DNA from: Longimicrobiales bacterium
GTDB taxonomy: Bacteria; Gemmatimonadota; Gemmatimonadetes; Longimicrobiales; Gaopeijiaceae
Reading direction: 5' to 3'
DNA: 64,000 nt
Assembly: GCA_965248195.1 (NCBI GenBank)
Contig: CBDFIQ010000002.1
Span: forward strand, 1,632,001-1,696,000
A program made the position numbers and the translations under genes. This document shows, piece by piece, positions 48,680 through 58,968 of the stretch (positions are counted from its first letter, which is position 1; each line of letters opens with the position of its first letter). The notes beneath the pieces are model-generated. The model saw only the letters and a program-made list of their open reading frames with translations, was not told the DNA's origin and searched no databases.

Positions 48680-50317
48680 CTAGCGCTCGAAAACCACCCT
48701 TCCGCCAAGGATGGTCTTCTCGACCACGACGTCCAGAATGCGCTCTGGATCGATCGTCAGGAGGTCGTCGGACAGAACGACCATATCGGCCAGCTTGCCC
48801 GGCTCGAGCGTCCCCTTGATGTCCTCCTCGAACGTGATGTAGGCCCCGTTCCGTGTGTAACCCCGGATGGCTTCCTCCATCGTCAGCCGTTCCTCGGGTG
48901 CGTATACGGCTCCGGATGCTCCCTTACGCGTGACGGCCGCGTAGATACCAACCATCGGCCCGATCGGCAGGATGTCGCTGCTGAGTGCCACGAAAACGCC
49001 ATGGTCCATGGGACTGCGGAGCGGGTTGTTGTGAGCGGCGTGCTCCTCCTGGAGATACTCGACGTAACGTCCCTCCAACGTGTAGGTGAAGTTCGGCTGC
49101 TGGGTGATCAGGATGTCATGCTCGGCCATCAACTCCATCACTTCGGGGGGAGGGCGGACCGTAAAGTGGTTGAGGTAATGGCGATGGTTGTCGCACGGGG
49201 AAGCTTCGAGCGCCTCGGCGAAATAGTTCACGATGAGCTGGATCGCCGCGTCTCCGATGGCGTGGAAGCCCATTTGCCACCCCATTTCGTGGGCCTGTCC
49301 GACGAGCGTGCGCAATTCCGCCGCCTCGATGTCAAGCGATCCGTGGAAACCGGGCTCGCTCCGGTAGGAATCGATCGTATACGCGCTGGGCCCCGTGAAG
49401 CCGCCGTCGACGAACACCTTCACGGCCCCCACCCGAAGTCGTTCGTCCCCATCACCGGTTTTCTTGCCGAACGCGTTCATCTGCTCGGGTCCGCCCCAGC
49501 GAATCTGAACGTTGGCGCACGGAAGCTCCTCGCCGTGCTCAGCGTAAACCACCTCCCACTCCTCGTAACCACCCGTCGAAACTCCCGCCTGGGCGAGGCT
49601 CGTGATACCGAGCTCGAGCAGGTCCCGAAGGTGCTGAGTGAAACTGGGGCGCGTCTCCTCTCGTGACGCGCGGGGGACGAGGCGCCCCACGGTGTCTTGG
49701 CGCTCACGGATGATCCCGTTCAGCTCGCCCCGTTCGTCCTTCTCCAAGATCCCCCTCGCCGGATCAGGAGAGGCGCTGGTGATCCCGGCGAGCTCGAACG
49801 CCAGGCTGTTCACCACGGCGCTGTGCCCACCCGCCCGGGTGAGCGTGACCGGACTACGTGGAGCCGCTTCGTCCAGATCGGTCCGTGTGGGTTTGCGCAG
49901 CTCGGCGAAAGCGTCCTCCGACCAGCCATACCCCGTGATCCACTCCCCCTCGCCGAGTTGTACGACCTTGGCCCGCACTTGCTCTTGCAACTGTGCGACC
50001 GAAGTGGTCTCGGTCAGGTCGATTTCTCGGAGGGGGTCCCCGCTGATGTGGATGTGTGAGTCGTTGAACCCCGGAAGCACTGTCTTGCCCTCGAGATCGA
50101 TCGTCTGTTGGGCGACGTATCTTTCGAGCAGATCATTCCCACCGACCTCGACGATTCTGCCGTCACGAACGGCCACGGCCTGCTGGATGGAGAACGCATC
50201 ATCCACGGTCACGATCTTGCCGTTGTGGAGCACCAGGTCCGCCGGCTCCCGCTCGCTGCAGGCGCTGAAGAGCAGAAGCACCAGACCCAGAATCAGCTTG
50301 TTCGAAGTACTAAGCAC
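48680..50317 (-). CDS. Amidohydrolase 3 (YtcJ-like) lipoprotein
   Basis: Lipobox FSAC; PGFNDSHIH, KVFVDG, HAIGD, SSD, GKLADMVVL. Confidence 0.92.
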   Translation of the reverse strand: MLSTSNKLILGLVLLLFSACSEREPADLVLHNGKIVTVDDAFSIQQAVAVRDGRIVEVGGNDLLERYVAQQTIDLEGKTVLPGFNDSHIHISGDPLREIDLTETTSVAQLQEQVRAKVVQLGEGEWITGYGWSEDAFAELRKPTRTDLDEAAPRSPVTLTRAGGHSAVVNSLAFELAGITSASPDPARGILEKDERGELNGIIRERQDTVGRLVPRASREETRPSFTQHLRDLLELGITSLAQAGVSTGGYEEWEVVYAEHGEELPCANVQIRWGGPEQMNAFGKKTGDGDERLRVGAVKVFVDGGFTGPSAYTIDSYRSEPGFHGSLDIEAAELRTLVGQAHEMGWQMGFHAIGDAAIQLIVNYFAEALEASPCDNHRHYLNHFTVRPPPEVMELMAEHDILITQQPNFTYTLEGRYVEYLQEEHAAHNNPLRSPMDHGVFVALSSDILPIGPMVGIYAAVTRKGASGAVYAPEERLTMEEAIRGYTRNGAYITFEEDIKGTLEPGKLADMVVLSDDLLTIDPERILDVVVEKTILGGRVVFER

Positions 50318-50733
50318 TTGATGTCTCCTCCTCGCATCTCGTCGCAGAATTCCTATCGCGGCGAGAATTGCCGTGATGCGATGCCGCCCGACTCGTGCAT
50401 CGCGCGGACAATGCCCTTCAGGGACTCAACTCACAAGGGTCGTCCCGCCAATGCTCAGCTCTTTCAAGCCGCTGGAAAACATTCGACCATCGAGTCGACA
50501 TTCTCCATCAAGCGTGACGAGGGGCGGATACCTTTGCAGTCGAATCGCTTGGACCTAAAATACCTGCGGAAACTCCACAGTCGGCGATGCTCGTTATCGT
50601 CCTCTCATAGCCCACCACCGGCCCAGCCGTTTTTGTGTGGAGGTGAGGCTCAACTACTCGACCGCGATGATTCCTCAACCACGGTGAGCCGTGTCAACGG
50701 GACCGCCTGAACAGAAAACGAAAAAGGACTCAC

Positions 50734-52146
50734 ATGACTATGCGCGAAACGTTCATGATGGCCGCGGCGTTGGTGACGGCTTCCCCACTGTTTGCACAAA
50801 CGTCCAACGACCCCTTTCCGTCACCGATCGCGTCGACCAGGGGCGTGATCCGAGTCGACTTCACTGAATTCGCCTCGTTGCCGGACATCGATGGAGCACC
50901 CGCACGCATGATGCGGCTTGTGGATGAGCCAGGCACCGGCCGCATCTTCGTCAACGATATGCGCGGTCCTCTCTACCGTGTCAGCTATGACGGCCGGACC
51001 GTCACCGAGTACGTCGATATCAATGATCCCAACTGGGAAGTCGCTGTTCAGTCCTCTAGCAGGGAACGGGGCTTCCAGAGCTTCGCGTTCCATCCCCAAT
51101 TCGGCGAGCCCGGCACCGGGGGTTTCGGAAAGTTCTACACATGGACGGACAGCAGAAATATCGAGCCGGCGCCGGACTTCAGGCCCAGTGGCGGCGGCGA
51201 TACGCACGACACGGTCCTTTTCGAATGGACTGCCCGTAACGCCGGGGGCACCACCTACGACGGGCGCCCTCCGCGGGAGGTGCTGCGAATTCAACAACCC
51301 TTTGGCAACCACAATGGCGGGCAGATCGGCTTCAATCCGCTTGCGTCGCCCGGTGACGCCGAGTTCGGTCTCCTTTACGTGTCCGTCGCCGACGGAGGCA
51401 GCGGAGGGGACCCGCTCAACCACGCCCAGAACCTTGCCTCGGCTTTCGGGAAGATCCTACGTATCGACCCGCTCGGCTCGAACAGCGCGAATGGCGAGTA
51501 CGGGATCCCGGCCACCAACCCGTTTGCCGGAGATGGGGACGCGGCCACGTTGGGCGAAATCTACGCCTACGGTGTGCGCAACGCGCAGCGTTTCGCGTGG
51601 GACGCCGTGAACGGCAACATGTTTCTCGCGGACATCGGCCAGAACATCGTGGAGAAGCTCACTCTCGTTACGGCCGGAGCCAACCTTGGGTGGAACGTCT
51701 GGGAGGGGAGCTTCCGGTTCATCAGCCGATCCGAGGTCAGCCTTGTCAACCAGCGCGGCGATCCCGCCGTCACCTATCCGGTGGCGGAGTGGGGGCAGCT
51801 GGATCCCCTGCTCCAGTCCCAATCCGCCGCCTCCGGGCTCCACGTGTACCGCGACGACGCGATTCCTCAGCTGGCGAACCTCGTTCTGTTCGCAGACCAG
51901 CCGAGTGGAGAGATTTTTTATATCCAGGCCGACGATCTTCCGAACGGCGGACAGGATGCCATCCGCCGGATCCTGCTCAACGACGGTGGCTGGGCGAAGA
52001 CCCTACTTCAGGTCATTCAGGAAAAGAACGCGGATCAAGGGACATCGCCCGCCTCACGCGTGGACCTGCGTTTCGGACCAGGACCGGACGGCCAGGTTTT
52101 CCTGCTCAACAAGTACGACGGAATCATCCGGCTGCTTGTTCCCTAA
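50734..52146 (+). CDS. PQQ-dependent sugar dehydrogenase (glucose/sorbosone dehydrogenase family)
   Basis: Signal peptide; NHNGGQIGF, DGGSGGDP, GKILRIDP, EIYAYGVRN, GANLGW. Confidence 0.9.
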   Translation: MTMRETFMMAAALVTASPLFAQTSNDPFPSPIASTRGVIRVDFTEFASLPDIDGAPARMMRLVDEPGTGRIFVNDMRGPLYRVSYDGRTVTEYVDINDPNWEVAVQSSSRERGFQSFAFHPQFGEPGTGGFGKFYTWTDSRNIEPAPDFRPSGGGDTHDTVLFEWTARNAGGTTYDGRPPREVLRIQQPFGNHNGGQIGFNPLASPGDAEFGLLYVSVADGGSGGDPLNHAQNLASAFGKILRIDPLGSNSANGEYGIPATNPFAGDGDAATLGEIYAYGVRNAQRFAWDAVNGNMFLADIGQNIVEKLTLVTAGANLGWNVWEGSFRFISRSEVSLVNQRGDPAVTYPVAEWGQLDPLLQSQSAASGLHVYRDDAIPQLANLVLFADQPSGEIFYIQADDLPNGGQDAIRRILLNDGGWAKTLLQVIQEKNADQGTSPASRVDLRFGPGPDGQVFLLNKYDGIIRLLVP

Positions 52147-52178
52147 CGGGGCTGGCTCGCGGTGAGCAGGTGCCCTCC

Positions 52179-53582
52179 CTAGGGAAACGGAGGGGATACG
52201 AGTTCGTACCGGTACGCCGTAGCTTGGCCCGCGAAGGAGACTTCGAACCCCGCGCGTACTCCGGCAGGGGGGGCCGAGACCGTGAGCGGTTCCGTCCCGA
52301 GGGCGCCGTCGGGACCATAGAACGTGAATCGGAGGCGTACCGAGGTCCCAGGCTCTGCGGTGTTTCCTACGACACGCCCCTGAAGGCTCGTCTCCACTTG
52401 GGACGGTCGCAACTGGAGTCCCTCCACGTGGACTGGAGCGGATTCGGTTCTGCCCAACCGCTCCGCCGCGGTTTGCTCGTCTCCGATTTCCAGGTGGGCT
52501 CGCGCCGCGATCAGACCGGAGTTCTCCCCTAGCGGATCCGCGTCGGTCAATCGATCGCCAATAGCTGCTAGCGTTTCCCACGACTCGGCTGCGAACAAGG
52601 AATTTGCATAGTTGAACCATGCGTCCCGCGAGTCTGGCTGGAGTCGCGTGAGTTGTTCGAACGCGTCGGCTGCCGCCACGAAATCGCTCGCACGGTAAAG
52701 CGCGATACCAAGGTTGAAGAGATCTCTGGCCCCCAGACCCGTCTCGGAGAGAAGCCCGGCATAAATTACCGCAGCTTCTGTATCCTGTCCCAGCCCATGG
52801 AGCGCCGCAGCAAGATCACCCCGCACCTGGACATTCGTCGAGTCGCCCTCGAGGTGGCGCCGGAGTAGTGGCTCAGCCTCGGCGAAACGCTCCGTGAAAA
52901 GTAAGAGCTGAGTGAGGCTTTCTTCGCTCCTTATTTTCAGATCCTCGCGAGCCTGCACCTGGTCTTGGGTGAGCACTCGCGTGACGGGCTTCCGCTCAAG
53001 ACCTGTGACCACTCTCTGGTAGGCCCCAATCGCGTCATCCCATCTGCCCTCACCGTTAAACAGAGTCGCAAGATTCAGAGACGCGTCGGGACGGAGGTCC
53101 CACATCATTCCCGCCTGCTCCCAGGCCTCGATCGTACCCTCGACGTCGCCGTCGGCGTACGCCGCGATTCCTTCGTTGAACAACTCGATCCATGCCGCCT
53201 CACGCTCAGGCTCGATATCGAGCTCATATGCGGGATAGATCCGCTGCGCCTCGGCAAACATCGCGTCCGCTTCGCTGTACTGCGCGAGACGTACTTGCGC
53301 CAGACCCACCAATAGATAATGGATCGGATTTTCCGGCTCGGCGTCGACGCCTAGAAGCGCGAGTTCCAGCGCCCGCTCAACGAGCCCCTGCGTGAGATAA
53401 AGCGCTGCTGTTTGGGAGAACCGAGTGCCGACCGGCGGCGTCCCGAGCTCGTAGACGAATCCCGTGGGTGAAACCACCGGTCCAGCAGGGCCACGCGCGG
53501 AGGCGCACGCTCCCAGAACGAAGACGGCGGCGCACAAGAAAGTGTTCTTGAGGCGCCGATGCTTGCCACCCCCGGGGATCAA
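52179..53582 (-). CDS. TPR-repeat lipoprotein
   Basis: Lipobox LGAC; multiple TPR helices (FNLGIALY, AWFNYANSL); C-terminal beta domain. Start uncertain (TTG 53582). Confidence 0.8.
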   Translation of the reverse strand: MIPGGGKHRRLKNTFLCAAVFVLGACASARGPAGPVVSPTGFVYELGTPPVGTRFSQTAALYLTQGLVERALELALLGVDAEPENPIHYLLVGLAQVRLAQYSEADAMFAEAQRIYPAYELDIEPEREAAWIELFNEGIAAYADGDVEGTIEAWEQAGMMWDLRPDASLNLATLFNGEGRWDDAIGAYQRVVTGLERKPVTRVLTQDQVQAREDLKIRSEESLTQLLLFTERFAEAEPLLRRHLEGDSTNVQVRGDLAAALHGLGQDTEAAVIYAGLLSETGLGARDLFNLGIALYRASDFVAAADAFEQLTRLQPDSRDAWFNYANSLFAAESWETLAAIGDRLTDADPLGENSGLIAARAHLEIGDEQTAAERLGRTESAPVHVEGLQLRPSQVETSLQGRVVGNTAEPGTSVRLRFTFYGPDGALGTEPLTVSAPPAGVRAGFEVSFAGQATAYRYELVSPPFP

Positions 53583-53647
53583 GGGTGGGGAGCCGGCTTC
53601 CCGCGTAAGGATTGGCGAGGAAAAAAGGGCGGCGACAGGCCGGACGG

Positions 53648-54577
53648 CTACCAAGGGAATGGAACGGAGAAGATCGCCGACAACGATACGCGGACGCCTC
53701 GATCTCGAGCCGGTCGGAACGATGCGACCTCGTTGAAGAGAGCGAGGGCGATCTCGTCCATCTCTTGGCGCCCACTGGATCTGCTGATCTCGGCCCACTC
53801 GACGGAGCCCCATTCGTCGATCCACACCGTTACGTCGACCAGTCCCTCGGCCCCGGAATCCTCCCCGTAAGCCATCCCGTTCATATACCGCTCCACCTCG
53901 GCCGGATTACGAATCAGAATCCACGCCGACGTCCCTGGCAAGACGATTTGGGGACGCAGCCCGGACAGCCGTGACAGATCCAGCGGGCTGGTTTCCAGTA
54001 GGAGCGCCAGATCATCCGTCGAGGGATCGTCAATGGTCTCCGCGGCCTCTAGCTCTTCGCGCGTATCCGCCGGATCGGCCCTCAACCCCGGCGGACCGGA
54101 CGCCCCACCGGACCCCGGACCGCGCGCCGGACCGAATGCCGGACCGAACGCGGGACCGAACTGCACGATCGTCGAGACCGGCCCGCCCCGACCGGTAAGG
54201 CGCTCGCGAAGCCCTTCCGGGAGACTCACCAGGGCCCCCTCCGAACCTCCGCTGAGAGCCCCGGCATCCACTTCTTCGGTCGGGAGCGAATCCGGCTCCT
54301 CGACCAGCGCCAGAGCAGGCATCGCCATACCACCACCACCGCCAGTCGATGGCGGGGCGTAGAGTGCAATCCATGCAGTGCCCAGGAGCTCCGGATCGGG
54401 ATCGAGCCACGAATCGGAGTTTGCCCAACTCGGCCAGAAAACGAAGGCGGCGACGTGAGCGGCTACGGCGAACATCGTGGACCAAGCGAGATTGTTATTC
54501 CAGCGCGCCTTCCACGCCTCGTTGGCGGTTTTGTAGCGCTCATCTTGCCAAAGTTGCCCCTGCGTCCGTTCGCTCAA
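53648..54577 (-). CDS. tonB: Energy transducer TonB family protein
   Basis: TM with S..AVAAH; Gly/Pro-rich linker; C-terminal VWIDEWGSV..SSG..MDEIAL..FRPA. TTG start after GAGAGG. Confidence 0.85.
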   Translation of the reverse strand: MSERTQGQLWQDERYKTANEAWKARWNNNLAWSTMFAVAAHVAAFVFWPSWANSDSWLDPDPELLGTAWIALYAPPSTGGGGGMAMPALALVEEPDSLPTEEVDAGALSGGSEGALVSLPEGLRERLTGRGGPVSTIVQFGPAFGPAFGPARGPGSGGASGPPGLRADPADTREELEAAETIDDPSTDDLALLLETSPLDLSRLSGLRPQIVLPGTSAWILIRNPAEVERYMNGMAYGEDSGAEGLVDVTVWIDEWGSVEWAEISRSSGRQEMDEIALALFNEVASFRPARDRGVRVSLSAIFSVPFPW

Positions 54578-54859
54578 CAGGCCACCCTCTCTTTTTTGAC
54601 GTCCGCCTCGCGGCCCCTAAAGGGCACCGGGAACGACACTATTAGAGTATCCCGCAGGCGCTTCCACCCACTATAGGACGAAGGTCTAACACCGATCATC
54701 GGTGTCCGAGGGTTCGGATCTAATCCCTCGGTACCTGAGACTACAGAGCCGCACGGACACCCACAAGGGTTCCCGCCTTCGGCAACCGCCGGGTCGGCGG
54801 AGGAGTGCCCGCTCCGGGCTTCTTCATCGACCTTTCCCTCTGCGGTAAGGCGAGCCTGC

Positions 54860-54904
54860 GAGGGAGAGACTGGTGAGGGAGAGACCGGTGAGGGAGAGAC
54901 TGCA
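54860..54904. repeat. 15-bp tandem repeat x3 (GAGGGAGAGACYGGT)
   Basis: Read directly; upstream of the matrixin gene. Confidence 0.85.
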
Positions 54905-54987
54905 CTTGTGAAGGTACGGACCGATCCAATAGACTCGGGACGCGGGATGAATACCGCATGCCGCCGCGTGGTCCAGGGATTCTGAGT

Positions 54988-56028
54988 ATGAAAAACCGCT
55001 TCGCGCTCTTTGGGGCAATTCTTTCGGTCCTCGCCTTCCTTGCTTGGGTGTCCTCCAGCGCCCGAAACGGTCCGAGTGTATTTGCGGTGGAAGTCCCCGT
55101 GGCGACGTCGGTCTCCCCACCTCCGGAGGCTGTGCCCGTCCTCCAGGAGCAAACGGGCGGTTCCGCCGTCCCCTGTGCGGTACCGCTCTCGTGGAGCATC
55201 GTGAGAGTAGACCGGTCCTTCCGCTTGAGTCATGAAGAGGCGACGCTGGCAGTCCGCCAAGCTGCTACGCTCTGGGAGGACGCCGTGGGCCGAGGCCTCT
55301 TTTCGAACGAGTCCGACGGGGCGCTTTCTGTCTGGTTCGTCTATGACGACCGCCAGGAAAGGACTCGGGAGCGGAACCGCCTTGTACGGGATTTCAACGA
55401 AGCCAGCGCGAGCCTTGAAGCTCGGAAGGTTGGGCTCGACGAGCGGAGCGACCGTTATGCTGGGATGCGCACGCAGCACCAGCGGGCTCGCGTGGAACTC
55501 AACCAGCGGGTCACCAGCCTCAACGACAGCATCAGTTACTGGAACGCACAGGGTGTTGTCCCGGGAGACATACTCTCCGAACTCTCCACATTGGGAAGGG
55601 CGCTGGACGCAGACCGCGAGGAGCTCACGGCTCGAGGGCGAGAGATCGATGGGCTTCAGCAACAGCTGGTAGACGACTCCGAGCGACTCAACCGGGAGGT
55701 CGAAGCGCACACGAGAGAAGGCGAAGCTCTCGAAACAACATTTCCCCTCTCGCGTGTGCAATCCGGTAGCTACCGGGAAGCCGTGCATACCGAGGATGGG
55801 GAGGTGACTGCGGTCACTCGGGAGATCCGGATCTTTCGGTTCAACGACCGGGATGATCTCGTACGCGTGGCCGCTCACGAGCTGGGCCATGCCCTCGGAC
55901 TCGGCCACGTCGCCGTAGTGGCCGGCATGATGAGGGAGGAGTTCACTCAGACGGTTGTGTCGGAAGGCGCGCCTAGGGTCCAGCCGGGCGATGTCGACGC
56001 GCTTCGATTATTATGCCCTGAGCTTTAG
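54988..56028 (+). CDS. Matrixin-family (metzincin) metalloprotease with coiled-coil insert
   Basis: N-terminal signal/TM; HELGHALGLGH zinc motif followed by a Met-turn (GMM). Confidence 0.88.
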   Translation: MKNRFALFGAILSVLAFLAWVSSSARNGPSVFAVEVPVATSVSPPPEAVPVLQEQTGGSAVPCAVPLSWSIVRVDRSFRLSHEEATLAVRQAATLWEDAVGRGLFSNESDGALSVWFVYDDRQERTRERNRLVRDFNEASASLEARKVGLDERSDRYAGMRTQHQRARVELNQRVTSLNDSISYWNAQGVVPGDILSELSTLGRALDADREELTARGREIDGLQQQLVDDSERLNREVEAHTREGEALETTFPLSRVQSGSYREAVHTEDGEVTAVTREIRIFRFNDRDDLVRVAAHELGHALGLGHVAVVAGMMREEFTQTVVSEGAPRVQPGDVDALRLLCPEL

Positions 56029-56087
56029 GGCGCTCCATGCTCGGATGCTGTAACGCCCCAGACTTGCCCAATTCTCAGGAGAGACGA

Positions 56088-58028
56088 ATGCGAATCACAC
56101 TTGGACTGGCCCTTGTCGCAGCCGCGTTCCTCGGGCCCGTCGTTGCAGCGGATGCGTCGGCGCAGGTCACTCGCATCGACTTCCAGGTCGTAGAATCGCC
56201 GGCGTTTGGCGGAGAAAGCTTTGGAAGCGTTGGGCAGTATGAGCGCATCCGGGGAGTGGCCTACGGAGAGGTCGACCCCAACGATGTGCGTCATCGCGGG
56301 ATCGTGAACCTCGACAAGGCTCCCCTCAACGCTCGGGGGCGCGTCGAGTACAGCACCACGGTGGAGATCCACCGACCCATCGACCTGGAGCGCTGGAATA
56401 GGGCGATCTACCACATCGTGCCGAACCGGGGCGGGGCCAGCGCGGGCGATGCTGTTTTTCGCGAGATGGGTTTCGCCATCGTGCAGGTGGGATGGCAAGG
56501 CGACTTGACGGCGACCGACACGAACATCATGCCGTTTCTGCCGATCGCCAAATACCCGAATGGATCATCGGTCGTCGGCCCGGCAGTCGAAGAGTTCATT
56601 TTCAACGATGAGGAACCTGTTTCGGAAGTGGACCTGACCTACGCCACGGCCGCGCTCGTGCCGGCCATGGGCACGTTTACCGTACGGGCCAAACAGGGGG
56701 CTCCCCGTGTGACGCTCGAAGATCCGGCCTGGAGCTACACGAGCGAGCGCCAGATCCGTATCAACCGCCCCTCCGGATTCGACGGCGGGGCGATTTACGA
56801 GCTCATCTATCTGGCGAAAGACCCGATCGTGATGGGATTGGGCTTTGCGGCCACCCGTGATGTGATCTCCTTTCTGCGTTACCAGATAACGGACGGCCAA
56901 GGCAACCCGAATCCCCTCATGTCCGTCGGCCTGCCGAGCACCGCCATCTCCCTGGGACGCTCCCAGAGCGGGCGATTCCTGAGGGACATGCTCTACCTGG
57001 GATTCAACGAGGACGTCGCTGGTCGAATCGTGTTCGACGGCATGCACCCGAATATCGCCGGCTCGCGGAAGACGTTTACGAATTATGAGTTCAGCCAACC
57101 GGGGCGGTGGCAAAAGCAGCACGAGGACCACTTCTTTCCGGGGGACCAGTTCCCCTTCACCTATGCGACCGTGTATGACCCGATCAGAGACCGGGCCGAC
57201 GGCTTGCAAGTGAGGTGCTCGGCCTCGAACACCTGCCCTAAGATCATACACTCGGATGGCGAGGCGGAAATCTGGCAAGCCCGCTCGTCCCTCATCGTCA
57301 CAGATCCGATGGGAGAACACGTCGATCTACCCGACAACGTGCGAGCCTACCTGATCGCTGGCACGCGACACGGGGGCGGCCCTGGCGTGCACGTCGAGTC
57401 TCCTCTCGGCACCGGCATTTGCCAAAATCTCAATAGCCCCATTCCACTGGCCCAGATTCGCCGTGCCCTTACGGTCGCTCTATATGAATGGGTCGTAGAC
57501 GGAACCGAGCCGCCGCCGAGTCGTTTCCCGACGGTCGCCCTCGGAATGCTCGTGCTTCCGACGTCGGTCGGATTTCCAAACATTCCGGATGTGACCTTTA
57601 CGGGGAGCCACAACCCGCTTCGGCGGAACAATTACAATACGCTACCGCCGCTCCAAGGCGACGGCTACGTCGTGCTCGCGGGCCGTGTCGACCCAGACGG
57701 AAACATGATCGCGGGGATTCGGCATCCGAACCTATCCGTCCCGATCGGCACGTACACCGGCTGGAACTTGCGGCGGGAGGGATTCGCCGAGGGAGCACAA
57801 TGCGGCGGGGCCGGGTCGTTCATTCCGTTCGCGGCCGACGCCGCGGAGCGGCAGGCAGCCGCGGACCCCCGTTTGTCGATCGAGGAGCGCTACCCGACTC
57901 ACGACACATATGTGAGTGCGGTTGCCCTGGCGGCGGAACGCCTGGTTGATGAGCGGCTGCTGCTACAACGGGACGCCGCCGCGATCGTCGAACGCGCCGA
58001 GGGGAGCACAGTCGGCAAGTCAAACTGA
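56088..58028 (+). CDS. Secreted alpha/beta hydrolase domain protein
   Basis: FGSVGQYE, PNRG, GWQGD, GRSQSGRFLR nucleophile elbow, GTYTGWN, DPRLSIEERY. Confidence 0.85.
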   Translation: MRITLGLALVAAAFLGPVVAADASAQVTRIDFQVVESPAFGGESFGSVGQYERIRGVAYGEVDPNDVRHRGIVNLDKAPLNARGRVEYSTTVEIHRPIDLERWNRAIYHIVPNRGGASAGDAVFREMGFAIVQVGWQGDLTATDTNIMPFLPIAKYPNGSSVVGPAVEEFIFNDEEPVSEVDLTYATAALVPAMGTFTVRAKQGAPRVTLEDPAWSYTSERQIRINRPSGFDGGAIYELIYLAKDPIVMGLGFAATRDVISFLRYQITDGQGNPNPLMSVGLPSTAISLGRSQSGRFLRDMLYLGFNEDVAGRIVFDGMHPNIAGSRKTFTNYEFSQPGRWQKQHEDHFFPGDQFPFTYATVYDPIRDRADGLQVRCSASNTCPKIIHSDGEAEIWQARSSLIVTDPMGEHVDLPDNVRAYLIAGTRHGGGPGVHVESPLGTGICQNLNSPIPLAQIRRALTVALYEWVVDGTEPPPSRFPTVALGMLVLPTSVGFPNIPDVTFTGSHNPLRRNNYNTLPPLQGDGYVVLAGRVDPDGNMIAGIRHPNLSVPIGTYTGWNLRREGFAEGAQCGGAGSFIPFAADAAERQAAADPRLSIEERYPTHDTYVSAVALAAERLVDERLLLQRDAAAIVERAEGSTVGKSN

Positions 58029-58039
58029 CCGGGCGTGTC

Positions 58040-58867
58040 TTATCGGCTGGACCCCTGCTGGCTCTCGAGCATCGCCTCGAAGGCTTGCTCTCGACGGTCT
58101 ATGTATTCCAGGAATCCGGCGTGATCAATGAAAGGATTCGGGTCGCCCTCCATCCGATGTAGCAGCTTCTCGTGTTTGGTGGGTAGGCCGTAAAAAGAGC
58201 CGTGGGCGGCGACGAAAACATCGACAGGCATCGCACGCGCCTTGGCGAACGTCGCACGGTAGTCCTCAGCGATGTCGGGGTAGTCCGGGTTGTCGACCAA
58301 GATGTAGTTGGCGTTCACCCCGAAGCTGCAGACGATCAGCGCGTCGTACGTTTCTCCGTCCTCTTCGAGCTCCATTCCCCAACTCGTACATCCCCTCGTG
58401 TGGCCCGGCGTGCGATGGGCCACCAGCGTCGTTCCACCGAGTGTGACTTCTTCTCCGTCGTGCAGGATGCGGTCGATCGGGATACCTACGTCGCCCCGAT
58501 TCATGCGCTGCCACCCCGCGACGTCCTCCTCCATGATCATGATTTGGGCTCCGATGCGCTCCCGGAGAAAGACGTCGGCGGCCTGGTGATCTCCGTGGGC
58601 GTGGCTTCCCAAGATGATCTTGACGTCCTCCAGGTCGAACCCCATCGCTTCCACGCTTCGTTCGATGAGAGGAATCGTTCTCTCAAAATCCGTGTTGATG
58701 AGGATGTGCCCCTCGGGCGTAGTAATCAGAAACGTGCCCAGGCCCGCGGTGCCCACGAAAAAAAGATTGCCCATCACCCGATGCGCCGGAAACGGATCAT
58801 CGTTCTGTGCCCAGGCAAGAGTAGGGACGGCAGCGATGAACGCCACCACTAGAATCAGTCTGTGCAT
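58040..58867 (-). CDS. Subclass B3 metallo-beta-lactamase-like protein
   Basis: Signal peptide; PFPAHRVMGNLFFVG, SHAHGDH, PGHTRGC, AAH. Confidence 0.88.
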   Translation of the reverse strand: MHRLILVVAFIAAVPTLAWAQNDDPFPAHRVMGNLFFVGTAGLGTFLITTPEGHILINTDFERTIPLIERSVEAMGFDLEDVKIILGSHAHGDHQAADVFLRERIGAQIMIMEEDVAGWQRMNRGDVGIPIDRILHDGEEVTLGGTTLVAHRTPGHTRGCTSWGMELEEDGETYDALIVCSFGVNANYILVDNPDYPDIAEDYRATFAKARAMPVDVFVAAHGSFYGLPTKHEKLLHRMEGDPNPFIDHAGFLEYIDRREQAFEAMLESQQGSSR

Positions 58868-58899
58868 CTGCTCGTCGCTGGTCTCACGTCACGAGTAGA

Positions 58900-58934
58900 G
58901 AGAGCCCCTAGCGGCTGTGCCGCCAGGGGCTTTC
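58900..58934 (-). terminator. Hairpin between the PQQ gene and the B3 MBL gene
   Basis: GAGAGCCCCTAGCGGC / GCCGCCAGGGGCTTTC, near-perfect stem. Confidence 0.55.
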
Positions 58935-58968
58935 CCCTACGTCTGCCCAACCCGCATAACGCGGAGGG

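Noticed and set aside
48680..50317. Possible decay of the amidohydrolase (Cys in LPCAN and SPCDN where Arg might be expected)
   Set aside because: ORF and metal motifs are intact; cannot be judged without an alignment.
50398..50436. Fourth copy of the kinase promoter element (minus strand TTGTGA-N17-CATTGT-N7-ATG)
   Set aside because: Same geometry but the spacer is unrelated; more likely an ordinary promoter or chance.
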